Source of the DNA: Fidelibacterota bacterium
GTDB taxonomy: Bacteria > Fidelibacterota > UBA2242
Assembly (NCBI GenBank): GCA_016782645.1
Contig: JADHYC010000004.1
Span: 612-64,611 of the forward strand
Length of the DNA stretch: 64,000 nt
Reading direction: 5' to 3'
Part shown: piece after piece, positions 32,937-43,656 of the stretch
How the letters are laid out: every line of letters starts with the position of its first letter
Position numbering within the stretch: the stretch's first letter is position 1
Made by a program: the position numbers and the translations under genes
The notes under the pieces: generated by a model
Seen by the model: the letters and a program-made list of their open reading frames with translations, nothing else
The model's database searches: none
Told to the model about the DNA's origin: nothing

Positions 32937-32965
32937 TTGACTTTGTGTGATTTGAGTCATAAAAT
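32937..32965 (+). promoter_or_regulatory. near-consensus sigma70 promoter TTGACT-N17-TAAAAT upstream of the LTD giant gene
   Basis: -35 at 32937-32942, 17-nt spacer, -10 at 32960-32965, ATG at 32987. Confidence 0.45.
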
Positions 32966-32986
32966 TCATTCAAACAGAAAATCTTT

Positions 32987-35900
32987 ATGATTCGCAATAA
33001 TCTTTCAAATATTGTGCTATCTTTTTCTCTATTGATCCAGGCGCAGTTTGCATTTGGTCAAATAGTAACTTTTAACGAGGTAATGTTCGATGCCCTTGGT
33101 GCCGATTATTATGACGAATTTATCGAGATAGTTAATTACAGCGATTCAACCATATCTCTTCACGGAGCTTATTTATTAATAAATGGTAATGTAGATACTT
33201 TAGACTTTCCAAATTCAGACACTCTTGCACCAAATTCCTATGCACTTATTCTTGATAGAGGCTACTTAATAGGAACTAATTCACACACTTATGATGAGCT
33301 CATTCCAGATAGCACATTATTATTAACTATTCAGGATAATTCTTTTGGGCTTTCGAACAGTGAGTCCAACACTCTATTTCTTATTTCAGAATCCGGAGAC
33401 ACCCTCAGCTTTGTAATCACGACACCTGACCAGGATGCAGGTTATTCGGATGAGAAGATTATAATAGACGGACCTAATGATCCGGGGAATTGGGGTAATA
33501 GCACAACTTTACTTGGAACCCCTGGTTTTAAAAATAGTATATTCCCTAAAGATTATGACCTTGCAATTACAGGGTTTGAAGTAACAACTCCTCAAGAACT
33601 AATCGAAGCAGGAAAACCCGTTGAATTCACTTTAACTGTAACAAATACCGGGCTTTTACACTGTTTGGAAGCAGAAATTTTATTCGGTCAAGACATCAAC
33701 TGTGACTCAATCTTACAATCGGGTGAAATTCTTTTTTCTACAATCAAATCCATTAATGCAGAAGATTCGCTCGTTTTCTTTCCTTCTATTCTTAATCCCC
33801 ATTCTGGTATCTCTTCATTGATCGCAACTGTTATCCTTGAAGAGGATGAATCTTTAGAAAATAATGTAGCATTTCTCAAGCTTCATGTACCTTTTGCAGA
33901 AAATTGCATTGCAATTAATGAGTTTATGTATTATCCCAATCCCGAATTTGGTGGAGAATGGGTTGAACTTTTCAATACATCGTCAGATACATTGAACCTG
34001 AAAGACTGGACAATTTCCGATAAATCAAATGAAGCTATTTTAACACAAAATAATTTCTTTTTGCCACCAGCATCTTATGCAATAATTGCAGATGATTCCT
34101 CACTCTTAGAATACTGGAGTATTAATGATTTTTTCATAGATTGCTTATCTCAATTGCCCACCTTAAATAATACTTCAGATTCTATAATTATCCGGGAATT
34201 GTGCGGAAGAACTATTGATGCGATTGGATATTCAAAAACCTGGGGCTATGCACAAGGGACCTCCTTAGAAAGAAAAAATCCTTTTACAAATAGCAGCGAT
34301 CCTGAAAACTGGGGTTTGTCAACCTCAGATAATGGCGGGACACCCGGCCTACCAAACTCTATTCTTCTAGAGGAATACGACCTTAAATGGTGTCAGGATA
34401 GTTTATATATTTTCCCTGATCACCTGCTTCCGGGTGATACAGCAAACCTCCGAATTGTTCTTCAAAACAACGGGCTAAATAATGCCTGCGATTTTTCTAT
34501 CAAAATCCGTCACCACGAAAATATAGAATCGATTGAGCAGAGCCCTATCATATTACAAAAGTTTTATTACGATACTCTTAAATCTTTTCAGCTCTTATAT
34601 GATACTCTAAAATGGAAAATCAATTCTGCAGGGATGGCTTATCTTCATTACAATATCAATTTTTTACCAGACAACGACCTACAAAATAATGAAGTGTTAT
34701 TGCCTATTCATATCGGATATCCGGATAAAAGCATTGTTATCAATGAGATCATGTATCTTCCTGACGCTGGAGATCCGGAATGGTTTGAGATTTTCAATCG
34801 AAACAATCAAATAGTAAACCTCAAAAATTGGTACTTCAAAGATTCAAACAGCACACTTCATTCAATAACTAATAGCACAGTTCATCTAAAACCAGATTCT
34901 TTTGCTATAATAGCATCCAATGAAAATTTCTACTTAAGATACCCAAATTTTAACGGACAATTAATTCTGCCGGAATCGTTCCCTTCTTTGAACAATATCT
35001 CAGATTCACTGGTAATTATTGATGGTGTTGAACATCATATAGATGCGTTACAGTATTCATCTAACTGGGGAAGTGCAACTGGTATATCTATCGAAAGAAT
35101 AAATCCAGATGGTTTAACTAACAGTCAGTCAAACTGGGGACTTTCCCAGGAGAATGACGGAGCTACTCCAGGCTATGAAAATTCCATTGCTGTTAAAAAT
35201 TATGACATTGCTATTGATTCAATTTTCATTAGCTATTCAAATGTTAAATTGATTGAAGGAGATTCCTTATACATCCATTTAGCGATTAGGAATACAGGGC
35301 TAATTGAAATAAATAATTTTCAGATTCAAATTAAAATTCAAAAACCTGGAGCTTCACCTCTGCCTAATAGCTTCCTGGATACGACGATCACTGTTTCTGT
35401 ACTCATTTATCCGGGAGAATCGTTAGCACAAAATTTTATAGTAGATTCAATACCTGGTGGAATCCATATCATTACTGGTAGTATTATCCTCGATCTTGAC
35501 GAAAATAATTCAAACGATAATAACAGCTGCAAGTTATACGTAGGATACCCTGAAAATTCTGTAATAATAAATGAAGTAATGTATTCACCAGAAAGCGGTG
35601 AATCAGAATGGTTCGAAATTTTTAACCTGAGTAACTCACAAGTCGATCTTAACGGCTGGCAGTTCAGAGATGCTAATGGAAAATCTAATCTTCTTGCTGA
35701 CACAACAACTTATCTCCTGCCCAACAGCTTTATCGTAATTGCTGCAAATAAAGATTTCTTACAATGTTATCCTGATTTTAATGCCGATCTAATTACACCC
35801 TCAAATTTTCCAACATTAAACAACACCTCAGATTCACTTTTTCTTATTGATGCAATAGATTATAATATAGAAATGATTTACTATAAAAAAGATTGGGGCG

Positions 35901-37996
35901 GCGGGGATGGTGTTTCTTTGGAAAGGCGTAATCCACATTCCTTTGCTCTCGATGAGAATAACTGGGGGAGTTCAATATCTGAAGTAGGAGCCACTCCCGG
36001 TCTTCCAAATTCAATATTGAAGTACGACTTTGATCTATTGATCGTTCCCTCATCATTTCTATTCGTTGATTCTATTGCAAAAGTCGGTCAATCCGTTTCT
36101 TTCAAACTTTCTGTAAAAAATAATGGGATTCTACGTTCAAATCCCTTTTCCGTGGAGATATTCAATGATCGAAATAAGGACAGCACCGTTTCACATACTG
36201 AACTCGTTTGGAGTTTATACAATATTCCACCACTTCTACCGGATTCTGTAATAACACTCAGTGGAGATATATATTCCGAAAATTCAGGAAAAGCTAATTA
36301 CATTGCTTTAATTACGACGAGTTTAGAAGAAAATCCGAATGACAATATTTCTTATGCAAATTTACTTGTCACATTTGCATACAATTCCCTTGTTTTAAAT
36401 GAGTTCCTGCCATACCCAAACATAGAGCAAACTGAATTCATTGAGTGTGTTAATATTAGTGATAACGTGATTGACATTTCAGGCTGGAGCTTATTAAACA
36501 ACCGCAGTTGTACAACACTGAATTGCCACACGCAAATACCACCCTATGGTTATCTTGTATTAGCAAAAGACAGCTCATTTTTTAATTATTTCCCTCCATC
36601 AAATGCAACAATCACAATTCCTCAAAAATGGCTTAGTTTAAACAATACATCAGATAAAATAATACTTAAGGATTTAACAGGAAAGACAATAGATTCTTTA
36701 TTATATGACGATACATGGAACTTAAAATCCGGAATATCTTTTGAAAAAATCTTTCCATATCTCAAATCTAATAATGAATCTTCCTGGTCCCTATCAACTA
36801 ATGAAAATGGTGCTACTCCCGGAGTTTTAAATAGTGTCACACCTTTAGCTTATGATCTTTCATTGGACTCACTCGAAACTTCTTCTGATATTGGAGATAC
36901 TTCCTCAACTTTTTCGATTACTTTCTTCATCACTAATTGCGGACAAACAGACTGTTACAATGCCTGTATCAAACTTTTTGAATCCAGCAAGCAACAACTG
37001 AAAATGTTAGAATCAATCGAAATTGAAGAATTATCTCCCGGTGAAAACGACACTCTAAGCTGTTTAATTGGACCATTTCAATCAGGTACACATAATTTCA
37101 TCGCTGCTATTGATTGGGAATATGATGAGTATTCAAAAAATGATACACTTAACTTTTCAATCACAATCTCTTTCAGAGGAGAAACGATACTTATTTCAGA
37201 ATTTATGCCTGACCCTATTGATATTAATACTTCCAACAATTCAATTTCAGAATACATTGAGCTATACAACCCAGGCATGGACAGTATATGTATTAATGAA
37301 TGGCATATTTCTGATAACAATACAGCAAAACCAGTAGAGATTTTTCATCAGAATCTATTGCCACCACATAAATACTTTATAGTAGCGTCAGATTCATCTA
37401 TATTCAACTTTCCTTGCATTAATTACTTTAACACAGTCATTCTACACAATTTCCCATCTCTAAATAATAGTGAAGATGCAATATTTATTACAGACCCCTC
37501 TGAAAAAGTAATAGATAGCCTTCTATACAATGCTACCTGGAAAATAACAAAAGGTATTTCACTGGAAAGGATTTATTTTAACAATCCAAACTCTTATAGC
37601 AACTGGCGATCATCTTTGTCAACCTATGGTGGAACACCGGGGTCTGAAAATAGTGTTACCATAATAAATTCCTTAAAAAAGGCGGGTATAAAAGCGGAAC
37701 CAAATCCATTTTCGCCTGATGGAGATGGAATTGACGATGAAGTTGCTTTCCACTATCAACTTCCTTTCCCATCAGCAAAAGTCACGATAGAGATTTATGA
37801 TTTAGCTGGACGACTAATTTATCGTCTTGCTCATAATTTACCTACTTCATCTGAGGGCGCTATTTTCTGGAATGGAGAGAGTAAATACGGAAAAAGAGCA
37901 AGAATTGGATTGTACATCGTCAGATGCTCTGCAACTGATATCGGTACCAGTAAATCTGTGGCTTATATCACTACTGTAGTACTTGCAAGAAGATAG
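32987..37996 (+). CDS. giant secreted protein: six lamin-tail-domain (LTD) modules alternating with CARDB/Ig-like domains, C-terminal FlgD-Ig/Por-type sorting domain
   Basis: LTD cores INEVMFD…, INEFMYYPNPEFGGEWVELFNTS, INEIMYLPDAGDPEWFEIFNRN, INEVMYSPESGESEWFEIFNLS, LNEFLPYPN…EFIECVNIS, ISEFMPDP…EYIELYNPG. Each is followed by …SLER/SIER…NWG…GTPG…NS. The C-terminus is NPFSPDGDGIDDEVAFHYQLPFPSAKVTIEIYDLAGRLIYRL. Confidence 0.75.
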   Translation: MIRNNLSNIVLSFSLLIQAQFAFGQIVTFNEVMFDALGADYYDEFIEIVNYSDSTISLHGAYLLINGNVDTLDFPNSDTLAPNSYALILDRGYLIGTNSHTYDELIPDSTLLLTIQDNSFGLSNSESNTLFLISESGDTLSFVITTPDQDAGYSDEKIIIDGPNDPGNWGNSTTLLGTPGFKNSIFPKDYDLAITGFEVTTPQELIEAGKPVEFTLTVTNTGLLHCLEAEILFGQDINCDSILQSGEILFSTIKSINAEDSLVFFPSILNPHSGISSLIATVILEEDESLENNVAFLKLHVPFAENCIAINEFMYYPNPEFGGEWVELFNTSSDTLNLKDWTISDKSNEAILTQNNFFLPPASYAIIADDSSLLEYWSINDFFIDCLSQLPTLNNTSDSIIIRELCGRTIDAIGYSKTWGYAQGTSLERKNPFTNSSDPENWGLSTSDNGGTPGLPNSILLEEYDLKWCQDSLYIFPDHLLPGDTANLRIVLQNNGLNNACDFSIKIRHHENIESIEQSPIILQKFYYDTLKSFQLLYDTLKWKINSAGMAYLHYNINFLPDNDLQNNEVLLPIHIGYPDKSIVINEIMYLPDAGDPEWFEIFNRNNQIVNLKNWYFKDSNSTLHSITNSTVHLKPDSFAIIASNENFYLRYPNFNGQLILPESFPSLNNISDSLVIIDGVEHHIDALQYSSNWGSATGISIERINPDGLTNSQSNWGLSQENDGATPGYENSIAVKNYDIAIDSIFISYSNVKLIEGDSLYIHLAIRNTGLIEINNFQIQIKIQKPGASPLPNSFLDTTITVSVLIYPGESLAQNFIVDSIPGGIHIITGSIILDLDENNSNDNNSCKLYVGYPENSVIINEVMYSPESGESEWFEIFNLSNSQVDLNGWQFRDANGKSNLLADTTTYLLPNSFIVIAANKDFLQCYPDFNADLITPSNFPTLNNTSDSLFLIDAIDYNIEMIYYKKDWGGGDGVSLERRNPHSFALDENNWGSSISEVGATPGLPNSILKYDFDLLIVPSSFLFVDSIAKVGQSVSFKLSVKNNGILRSNPFSVEIFNDRNKDSTVSHTELVWSLYNIPPLLPDSVITLSGDIYSENSGKANYIALITTSLEENPNDNISYANLLVTFAYNSLVLNEFLPYPNIEQTEFIECVNISDNVIDISGWSLLNNRSCTTLNCHTQIPPYGYLVLAKDSSFFNYFPPSNATITIPQKWLSLNNTSDKIILKDLTGKTIDSLLYDDTWNLKSGISFEKIFPYLKSNNESSWSLSTNENGATPGVLNSVTPLAYDLSLDSLETSSDIGDTSSTFSITFFITNCGQTDCYNACIKLFESSKQQLKMLESIEIEELSPGENDTLSCLIGPFQSGTHNFIAAIDWEYDEYSKNDTLNFSITISFRGETILISEFMPDPIDINTSNNSISEYIELYNPGMDSICINEWHISDNNTAKPVEIFHQNLLPPHKYFIVASDSSIFNFPCINYFNTVILHNFPSLNNSEDAIFITDPSEKVIDSLLYNATWKITKGISLERIYFNNPNSYSNWRSSLSTYGGTPGSENSVTIINSLKKAGIKAEPNPFSPDGDGIDDEVAFHYQLPFPSAKVTIEIYDLAGRLIYRLAHNLPTSSEGAIFWNGESKYGKRARIGLYIVRCSATDIGTSKSVAYITTVVLARR

Positions 37997-38087
37997 CAAA
38001 ATTTTATACTTGATTTTTACCTCAATTAACTATAAAGTAACCCAAAATTAATGTGAAATTAAGATTAATCAAAAAAAGGAGAAAATA

Positions 38088-39200
38088 ATGAAAAGATTTT
38101 TGAAAGTTTTCTGTGTTTTTCTGATTGTATTTGCCTTTTGTGCCGGTACAATTTCTGCCCAATCTCTTGAAGAGAGATTACAGTCAATGGCAAAAACCAA
38201 TGCGAAATTGTATGTAACACCACTTGTAACTGCATTTGGATCGGGAATGAACAGCGGTTGGTTTCACTCTGCAAAACCTCATAAGCTACTTGGCTTTGAT
38301 GTTGGCGTAAGAATAATGGCAGTTACTTTTCCTGAAGATCAAAAAGTTTTCGATTTTGATATTTCAGCACTCGACTTTACAAATTCAATCACTATTAATG
38401 AAAGTAGCTATGACATTACACTAGCCGCTACCGATTTATATCCTGAAACTGAAGTACCCACCTTTTTTGGAGAAAGTGAAGCGGGCAAAATTTCTGCTAT
38501 ACCCAATGCAAATATAGTTAGTTTAATTGAAACGCAATTACTTAATCAGGGTGTGCCCCAGCAAGTACTCGATCACACCGATACTCAGGATAAACTAAAC
38601 AGTTTTGCTGAACTAATCCCAGACATTCCAACACCCGCAGGAACTGGCTTGGAAATGCTACCTTTGATCGTTCCACAGGCTGCGATAGGACTATCCTTAC
38701 CTATGTTACCGATAAAGGCAGAAATCGTTGTAAGAGGATTACCGGAGATAGAGTTGGAAGATGTTGGGAAATTCAAATTTTTCGGGTTGGGCGGTAAACT
38801 TGCTCTTGACCCCTTCATTCCCATTCCTATGTTTCCAATTAATATTGCTTTGGGTACATACATTCAGAAGATGACCATTGGAGATGTATTTGAATCCAAC
38901 CACTCCCTTTTAAGCTTACAAGTTGGTAAAGATCTCAATTTAGTTCTCCTTGCACTCGGAGTATATGCAGGTGTCGGTTTAGAAAGCTCTAACGTAAAAA
39001 TCAACTATACATACTTTAATGAAGACGACCCGGAAGATATCTTTAATAACACCGAAATCAAATTTGATATAAAAGGTGACAATAAATTCCGGACAACTGT
39101 AGGTGCGCGTGTTAGACTGGCAGTTCTCAACATCAGTGCTGATTACTCAATGGGTGCCGATAATGTTCTCACAATTGGTGCAGGACTTTCAATAAGATAA
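38088..39200 (+). CDS. secreted/outer-membrane hypothetical protein (possible partner of LTD giant)
   Basis: Signal peptide MKRFLKVFCVFLIVFAFCAGTISAQ. Gly/Ala-rich beta-strand segments. 91 nt downstream of the giant gene, same strand. Confidence 0.5.
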   Translation: MKRFLKVFCVFLIVFAFCAGTISAQSLEERLQSMAKTNAKLYVTPLVTAFGSGMNSGWFHSAKPHKLLGFDVGVRIMAVTFPEDQKVFDFDISALDFTNSITINESSYDITLAATDLYPETEVPTFFGESEAGKISAIPNANIVSLIETQLLNQGVPQQVLDHTDTQDKLNSFAELIPDIPTPAGTGLEMLPLIVPQAAIGLSLPMLPIKAEIVVRGLPEIELEDVGKFKFFGLGGKLALDPFIPIPMFPINIALGTYIQKMTIGDVFESNHSLLSLQVGKDLNLVLLALGVYAGVGLESSNVKINYTYFNEDDPEDIFNNTEIKFDIKGDNKFRTTVGARVRLAVLNISADYSMGADNVLTIGAGLSIR

Positions 39201-39237
39201 ATTTTTACTAATTTTACACTACTTAATTACTGTTATT

Positions 39238-39275
39238 AACCTTCCGAAGGTTTGAAACCTTTGGAAGGTTTCTCT
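39238..39275 (+). terminator. tandem hairpins AACCTT-CCG-AAGGTT and GAAACCTT-TGG-AAGGTTTC followed by a T-rich tract
   Basis: Directly 3' of 38088..39200. Confidence 0.4.
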
Positions 39276-39391
39276 ATATAATGTATGCTTTCTATTCTCC
39301 CTAATATTTTTTCTTATCAACCGGCTAATTTCCCTGAAATATTACATATAATTTTTTAAATTTTGCATCATGAAAGAAAGGTGTTTGAATT

Positions 39392-40144
39392 ATGAGTAAA
39401 TGGACGGGAACTCTAATAGGTGGCGGAATAGGCTGGGCTCTTTTTGGTCCTCTTGGTGCATTATTTGGTGCTTATATTGGCAGTATGTTTACCAGAGAGG
39501 CTTCAATAAAGGGAGCTTACTTTCATCCTCGTATAGAACAGGAGGAAATTCATTATAAAGAAACACATGCTGGTGACTTTGCCGTAGCTATGCTTTCTTT
39601 ATTCGCATACGTCTCAAAATCTGATAAACAGGTGAAATCATCAGAGGTTCAATATGTGAAACAATTCCTTGTAGATAAATTTGGTAAATCTAATGCACAA
39701 GACCTTATGTATCTTTACAAAGAGATTCTCAATAAAGATTACAACATCGTCGACATATCCAGTCAAATCAGATCACACATGAATTATTATTCACGACTTG
39801 AGCTCCTGCATATACTCTTTGGTATTGCCAAAGCTGATGGAATCATCTACCCTTCTGAAATTTCAGCAATCAATGAAATCGCTAATAGTATGGGTATCTC
39901 TACAAAAGACTACAACTCTATCAAATCAATATTTATTGGAGACTCCAACCAGGCATACAACATTCTAAACGTCAACCCAAATGATGATACAGATACAATA
40001 AAAAAAGCATATCGGGAATTAGCGATAAAGTATCATCCGGATAAAGTTGCAAATTTAGGACCTGAAATTCAGCAACTCGCCGAAGAGAAATTCAAATCAA
40101 TTAATAATGCATATCAAGCAATAAGAAAAGATAAGGGATTTTAG
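39392..40144 (+). CDS. djlA: DjlA-like co-chaperone (N-terminal TM, TerB-like domain, C-terminal J domain)
   Basis: Glycine-zipper TM at the N-terminus. C-terminal J-domain AYNILNVNPNDDTDTIKKAYRELAIKYHPDKV. Confidence 0.7.
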   Translation: MSKWTGTLIGGGIGWALFGPLGALFGAYIGSMFTREASIKGAYFHPRIEQEEIHYKETHAGDFAVAMLSLFAYVSKSDKQVKSSEVQYVKQFLVDKFGKSNAQDLMYLYKEILNKDYNIVDISSQIRSHMNYYSRLELLHILFGIAKADGIIYPSEISAINEIANSMGISTKDYNSIKSIFIGDSNQAYNILNVNPNDDTDTIKKAYRELAIKYHPDKVANLGPEIQQLAEEKFKSINNAYQAIRKDKGF

Positions 40145-40306
40145 ATCATTTATTTTAAACCGGTACATTTCCCCTTTTTGCATAATTATTACGTATTGCT
40201 ATCATCTTCAAGAGAAAAACTTAAAATTTAAAGACAACTAAAAACTCTATCAGAGAGTCTTTTAAACAATGAGGATGATTTAATAAAACCAACAAGGAGG
40301 TAATTT

Positions 40307-42460
40307 ATGAATAGGAAATTCATTCTGGTTTTTTTGCTTTTAGTGTTATTCTCTTTAAGCGTAAATATTTTTGCAGATGAAGGAATGTTCCTTCTCAATC
40401 AAATCCCGAAGAAACTTAAGGGATTCGAACTTAAACCGGAAGATTTTTACAGACCGGGTGGCGGCGGGTTATCAGATGCTGTCATTATGATGAGTGGTGG
40501 AACCGCTTCTTTCGTATCGCCGAGAGGGCTGATTTTAACGAACCACCATGTTGCTTACGATGCTATTCAAAAAAATTCCAGTCCTGAAAAAAATTATCTG
40601 GAGGATGGATTTTATGCAAAGAGTATAGAAGAAGAATTACCAGCGCCCGGTTATGAAGCATTTGTAACACTCAATTTTGAAGACATCACAGAACGAGTTA
40701 TGTCTGCTGTAACTGATGAAATGACAGCAATAGAGCTAGCAGAAGCTATTAGAAAAAAGATGGCAGAAATCGAAAAAGAAGAAGAAAACCTTGAAAAGGG
40801 AACTGAGGGGCGTGTCATATCCATGTTAGATGGTTCCTCTTATTACCTCTTCACATATTTAAAGATCAAGGACATACGGCTGGTCTATGCACCTCCAAGC
40901 TCAGTTGGTAATTATGGTGGAGATATTGACAACTGGATGTGGCCCCGCCATACCGGGGATTTTTCCTTTATGAGAGCTTATATTGGGCTAGATGGAGTAC
41001 CTGCAGAATACAGCAAAGAAAATGTTCCATATAATTCTAAAACATATCTTCCAATTTCAAGCAAAGGAGTAAAAAACGGCGATTTTACATTTATCATGGG
41101 TTATCCTGGTCATACTATGAGATACAGAACCTCTAATTCTGTTGATTGGAATCAAAACCTATCTTACCCTTTTGGAATCAAAATGTTTCAATCCATTATA
41201 GATATCCTGGAAGAAGAAAGCAACGACAATGAAAAATTGGCTATTAAATTGTCTTCAACAACTAAAGGATTGAATAATGCTCTGAAAAATTATCAGGGAA
41301 TGGTAGAGGGTTTGAAGAAATCCAATATCCTAGCAAGGAAAAAAATCCAGGAAAGAAAATTAACCCAATTCTTAGAAAAAAACCCCGAACTTAAAAAAAA
41401 GTATGGAGATGTCCTCCCCTCACTAAGGCAACTTTACAAAGAACACCTCGAAGGATACGAAACTGACAGCTATTTGCAATTCATGACTTTTACCCAAACA
41501 GTATCTTATGCTACTACTATTCAAAAATGGAGCGAAGAAAAGGGGAAACCCGATTCTGAAAGAGACCCACGTTATATGGATTACCAGATACCGAGAATTA
41601 AGAAAAGAATGGAGGTATCTGCAAAAGATTACGATGCACCGACTGATGCGAAAGTATTTAAAATATTCCTATGCAAAATGGCAGCTCTTCCTAAAGATCA
41701 ACATGTAGATTTTCTGAGGGAAATAATTGGGGATAAGACAGGTAAAGAGGCTGAAAGTGCAATTAGCAACTTTATAGACGATTTATACGGCAAAACAAAA
41801 CTTACCAACATTGAAGACCGCATGAAAATGTTTGATATGACCACTGAGGAACTTAATGCCCTTAATGATCCATTTATTGGATTTGCCAAGAAAGCCAATG
41901 ATGAACTCGATAGACTTAAAAAGAAAAATGATTACTTTAATGGCAAAATAACAAAACTCCGACCTGAATATTACAAGGCTTTATTGGAATGGAAAGGCGG
42001 GGATATGTACCCGGATGCAAACAGAACAATACGCTTCACTTACGGAACCGTCAAAGGCTATTTCCCGAGAGACGGAATTTACTACAAACCTATCACTGCA
42101 TTGAGAGGAGTCATTGAAAAGCACACCGGTGAAGAGCCTTTTAATGCTCCTAAAAAACTCATCAAACTATATAAGAAGAAAGACTACGGAAAATATATGG
42201 ATAAGGTCATCAAGGACGTGCCAGTTGATTTCCTTGCAACAACCGATATCACTGGTGGAAATTCTGGAAGTCCAATCATGAACGGAAAAGGCGAAATTAT
42301 TGGATGTGCATTTGACGGTGACTACGAATCTATGACAAGTGATTGGCAGTACAGCGACAGGTTAACAAGGACGATTAGCGTAGATTCCAGATACATACTT
42401 TTTATCTTAGATAAGTTTAGTGGTGCTGAGGAGCTACTTGACGAGTTAACTGTTTATTAA
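40307..42460 (+). CDS. S46-family dipeptidyl-peptidase (DPP7/DPP11-like)
   Basis: Signal peptide. Catalytic-triad regions LTNHHVAYDAI … GGNSGSPIMNGKGEIIGCAFDG. 717 aa. Confidence 0.85.
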   Translation: MNRKFILVFLLLVLFSLSVNIFADEGMFLLNQIPKKLKGFELKPEDFYRPGGGGLSDAVIMMSGGTASFVSPRGLILTNHHVAYDAIQKNSSPEKNYLEDGFYAKSIEEELPAPGYEAFVTLNFEDITERVMSAVTDEMTAIELAEAIRKKMAEIEKEEENLEKGTEGRVISMLDGSSYYLFTYLKIKDIRLVYAPPSSVGNYGGDIDNWMWPRHTGDFSFMRAYIGLDGVPAEYSKENVPYNSKTYLPISSKGVKNGDFTFIMGYPGHTMRYRTSNSVDWNQNLSYPFGIKMFQSIIDILEEESNDNEKLAIKLSSTTKGLNNALKNYQGMVEGLKKSNILARKKIQERKLTQFLEKNPELKKKYGDVLPSLRQLYKEHLEGYETDSYLQFMTFTQTVSYATTIQKWSEEKGKPDSERDPRYMDYQIPRIKKRMEVSAKDYDAPTDAKVFKIFLCKMAALPKDQHVDFLREIIGDKTGKEAESAISNFIDDLYGKTKLTNIEDRMKMFDMTTEELNALNDPFIGFAKKANDELDRLKKKNDYFNGKITKLRPEYYKALLEWKGGDMYPDANRTIRFTYGTVKGYFPRDGIYYKPITALRGVIEKHTGEEPFNAPKKLIKLYKKKDYGKYMDKVIKDVPVDFLATTDITGGNSGSPIMNGKGEIIGCAFDGDYESMTSDWQYSDRLTRTISVDSRYILFILDKFSGAEELLDELTVY

Positions 42461-42716
42461 TAAAAAGTTACTCGAAACATATCCAATCCTCAAAACACTT
42501 TTAAGAGAATTCGGGAGACTGTTCTACACATATATTGTAACTCTTCTGCATATTAAAGACGGTTTAATATGAGAATCTTATGCTAATAAATACCTAAAAG
42601 AAGTTCAAGAGTGTGAGAATTCTTGGAAACAGAAAAAACAATACGCTTTTATATAAGAGCTATCTCTTTAAAACTACCTGAAAAGAGTATGAAAACATAA
42701 TTAACAAAATCTCAAT

Positions 42717-43511
42717 ATGGTCTTACCTTTTAAAAAAATTAAGTCAAAACTAAAAACCACAATTCTCCAGCCTGAGATTATACATTTTAAATCCATTGAT
42801 TCAACCAATAAATATCTTTTAGACAAGCACAGCTATCCAAACGGAACAGTTGTGCTTGCTGATTTTCAGACTGCTGGAAGGGGAAGACGGCAAAGGATTT
42901 GGCAATCTCCGGAAGCCGAGTCACTACTGTTTTCAATTTTCTTAAATGAAAACATACAAACTATCCCTCTTTATCTATTCACCTTCCTTGCTGCAGTTAG
43001 CGTATATGAAGGTTTACTTCCATTCGTTCCTCAAAAGCATCTTGCATTGAAATGGCCCAATGATGTCTTAATCAATGGAAAAAAGGTCTGCGGAATTCTT
43101 GTTGAAACTAAAACATCTGCTAATAGAATAACCTCTATCGTCATTGGTATTGGTATAAATATCAATCAAAATTCAGAATTTTTCAAGGGCGAATTAAAAA
43201 ATGCTTCTTCGCTTTTTTGCTCAAAAGGCTGTAAATTTTCACGCATGGAAGTTTTTTCGTCTGTTCTCATATCTATTGACAAAAATCTAACGGAACTTAA
43301 TCAACGTGTCTATACAGATGTTTTAGCAAAATGGAAAAATTATTGCCCTTATTTTGGGGGGAAAATTAAAGTAGATGATAACAAAAATATCTATGAAGGG
43401 ATTTTCAAGGATATCTCACAAAATGGGGGGCTAATTTTAGAAACAGATGGAAAAGAAAAAATCTTCTATGCTGCTGATGTTTCTATAATAAAGGAGAACA
43501 GGAATTTATAA
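42717..43511 (+). CDS. birA: biotin--[acetyl-CoA-carboxylase] ligase
   Basis: GRGRRQRIWQSPE biotin-protein-ligase motif. 264 aa (no N-terminal repressor HTH evident). Confidence 0.8.
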   Translation: MVLPFKKIKSKLKTTILQPEIIHFKSIDSTNKYLLDKHSYPNGTVVLADFQTAGRGRRQRIWQSPEAESLLFSIFLNENIQTIPLYLFTFLAAVSVYEGLLPFVPQKHLALKWPNDVLINGKKVCGILVETKTSANRITSIVIGIGININQNSEFFKGELKNASSLFCSKGCKFSRMEVFSSVLISIDKNLTELNQRVYTDVLAKWKNYCPYFGGKIKVDDNKNIYEGIFKDISQNGGLILETDGKEKIFYAADVSIIKENRNL

Positions 43512-43656
43512 TTGCAAATTGTTGATTATAAATTTCAAATTAATTCTTAAGAGTTCTTTATGAAGGAAATTTTAACCTTTTCAGGAATATATTATCTGAA
43601 CATCTGATAATTCGCAATTTGATATTTTCAATTTACAATTACAATGGAGTTTTTAT

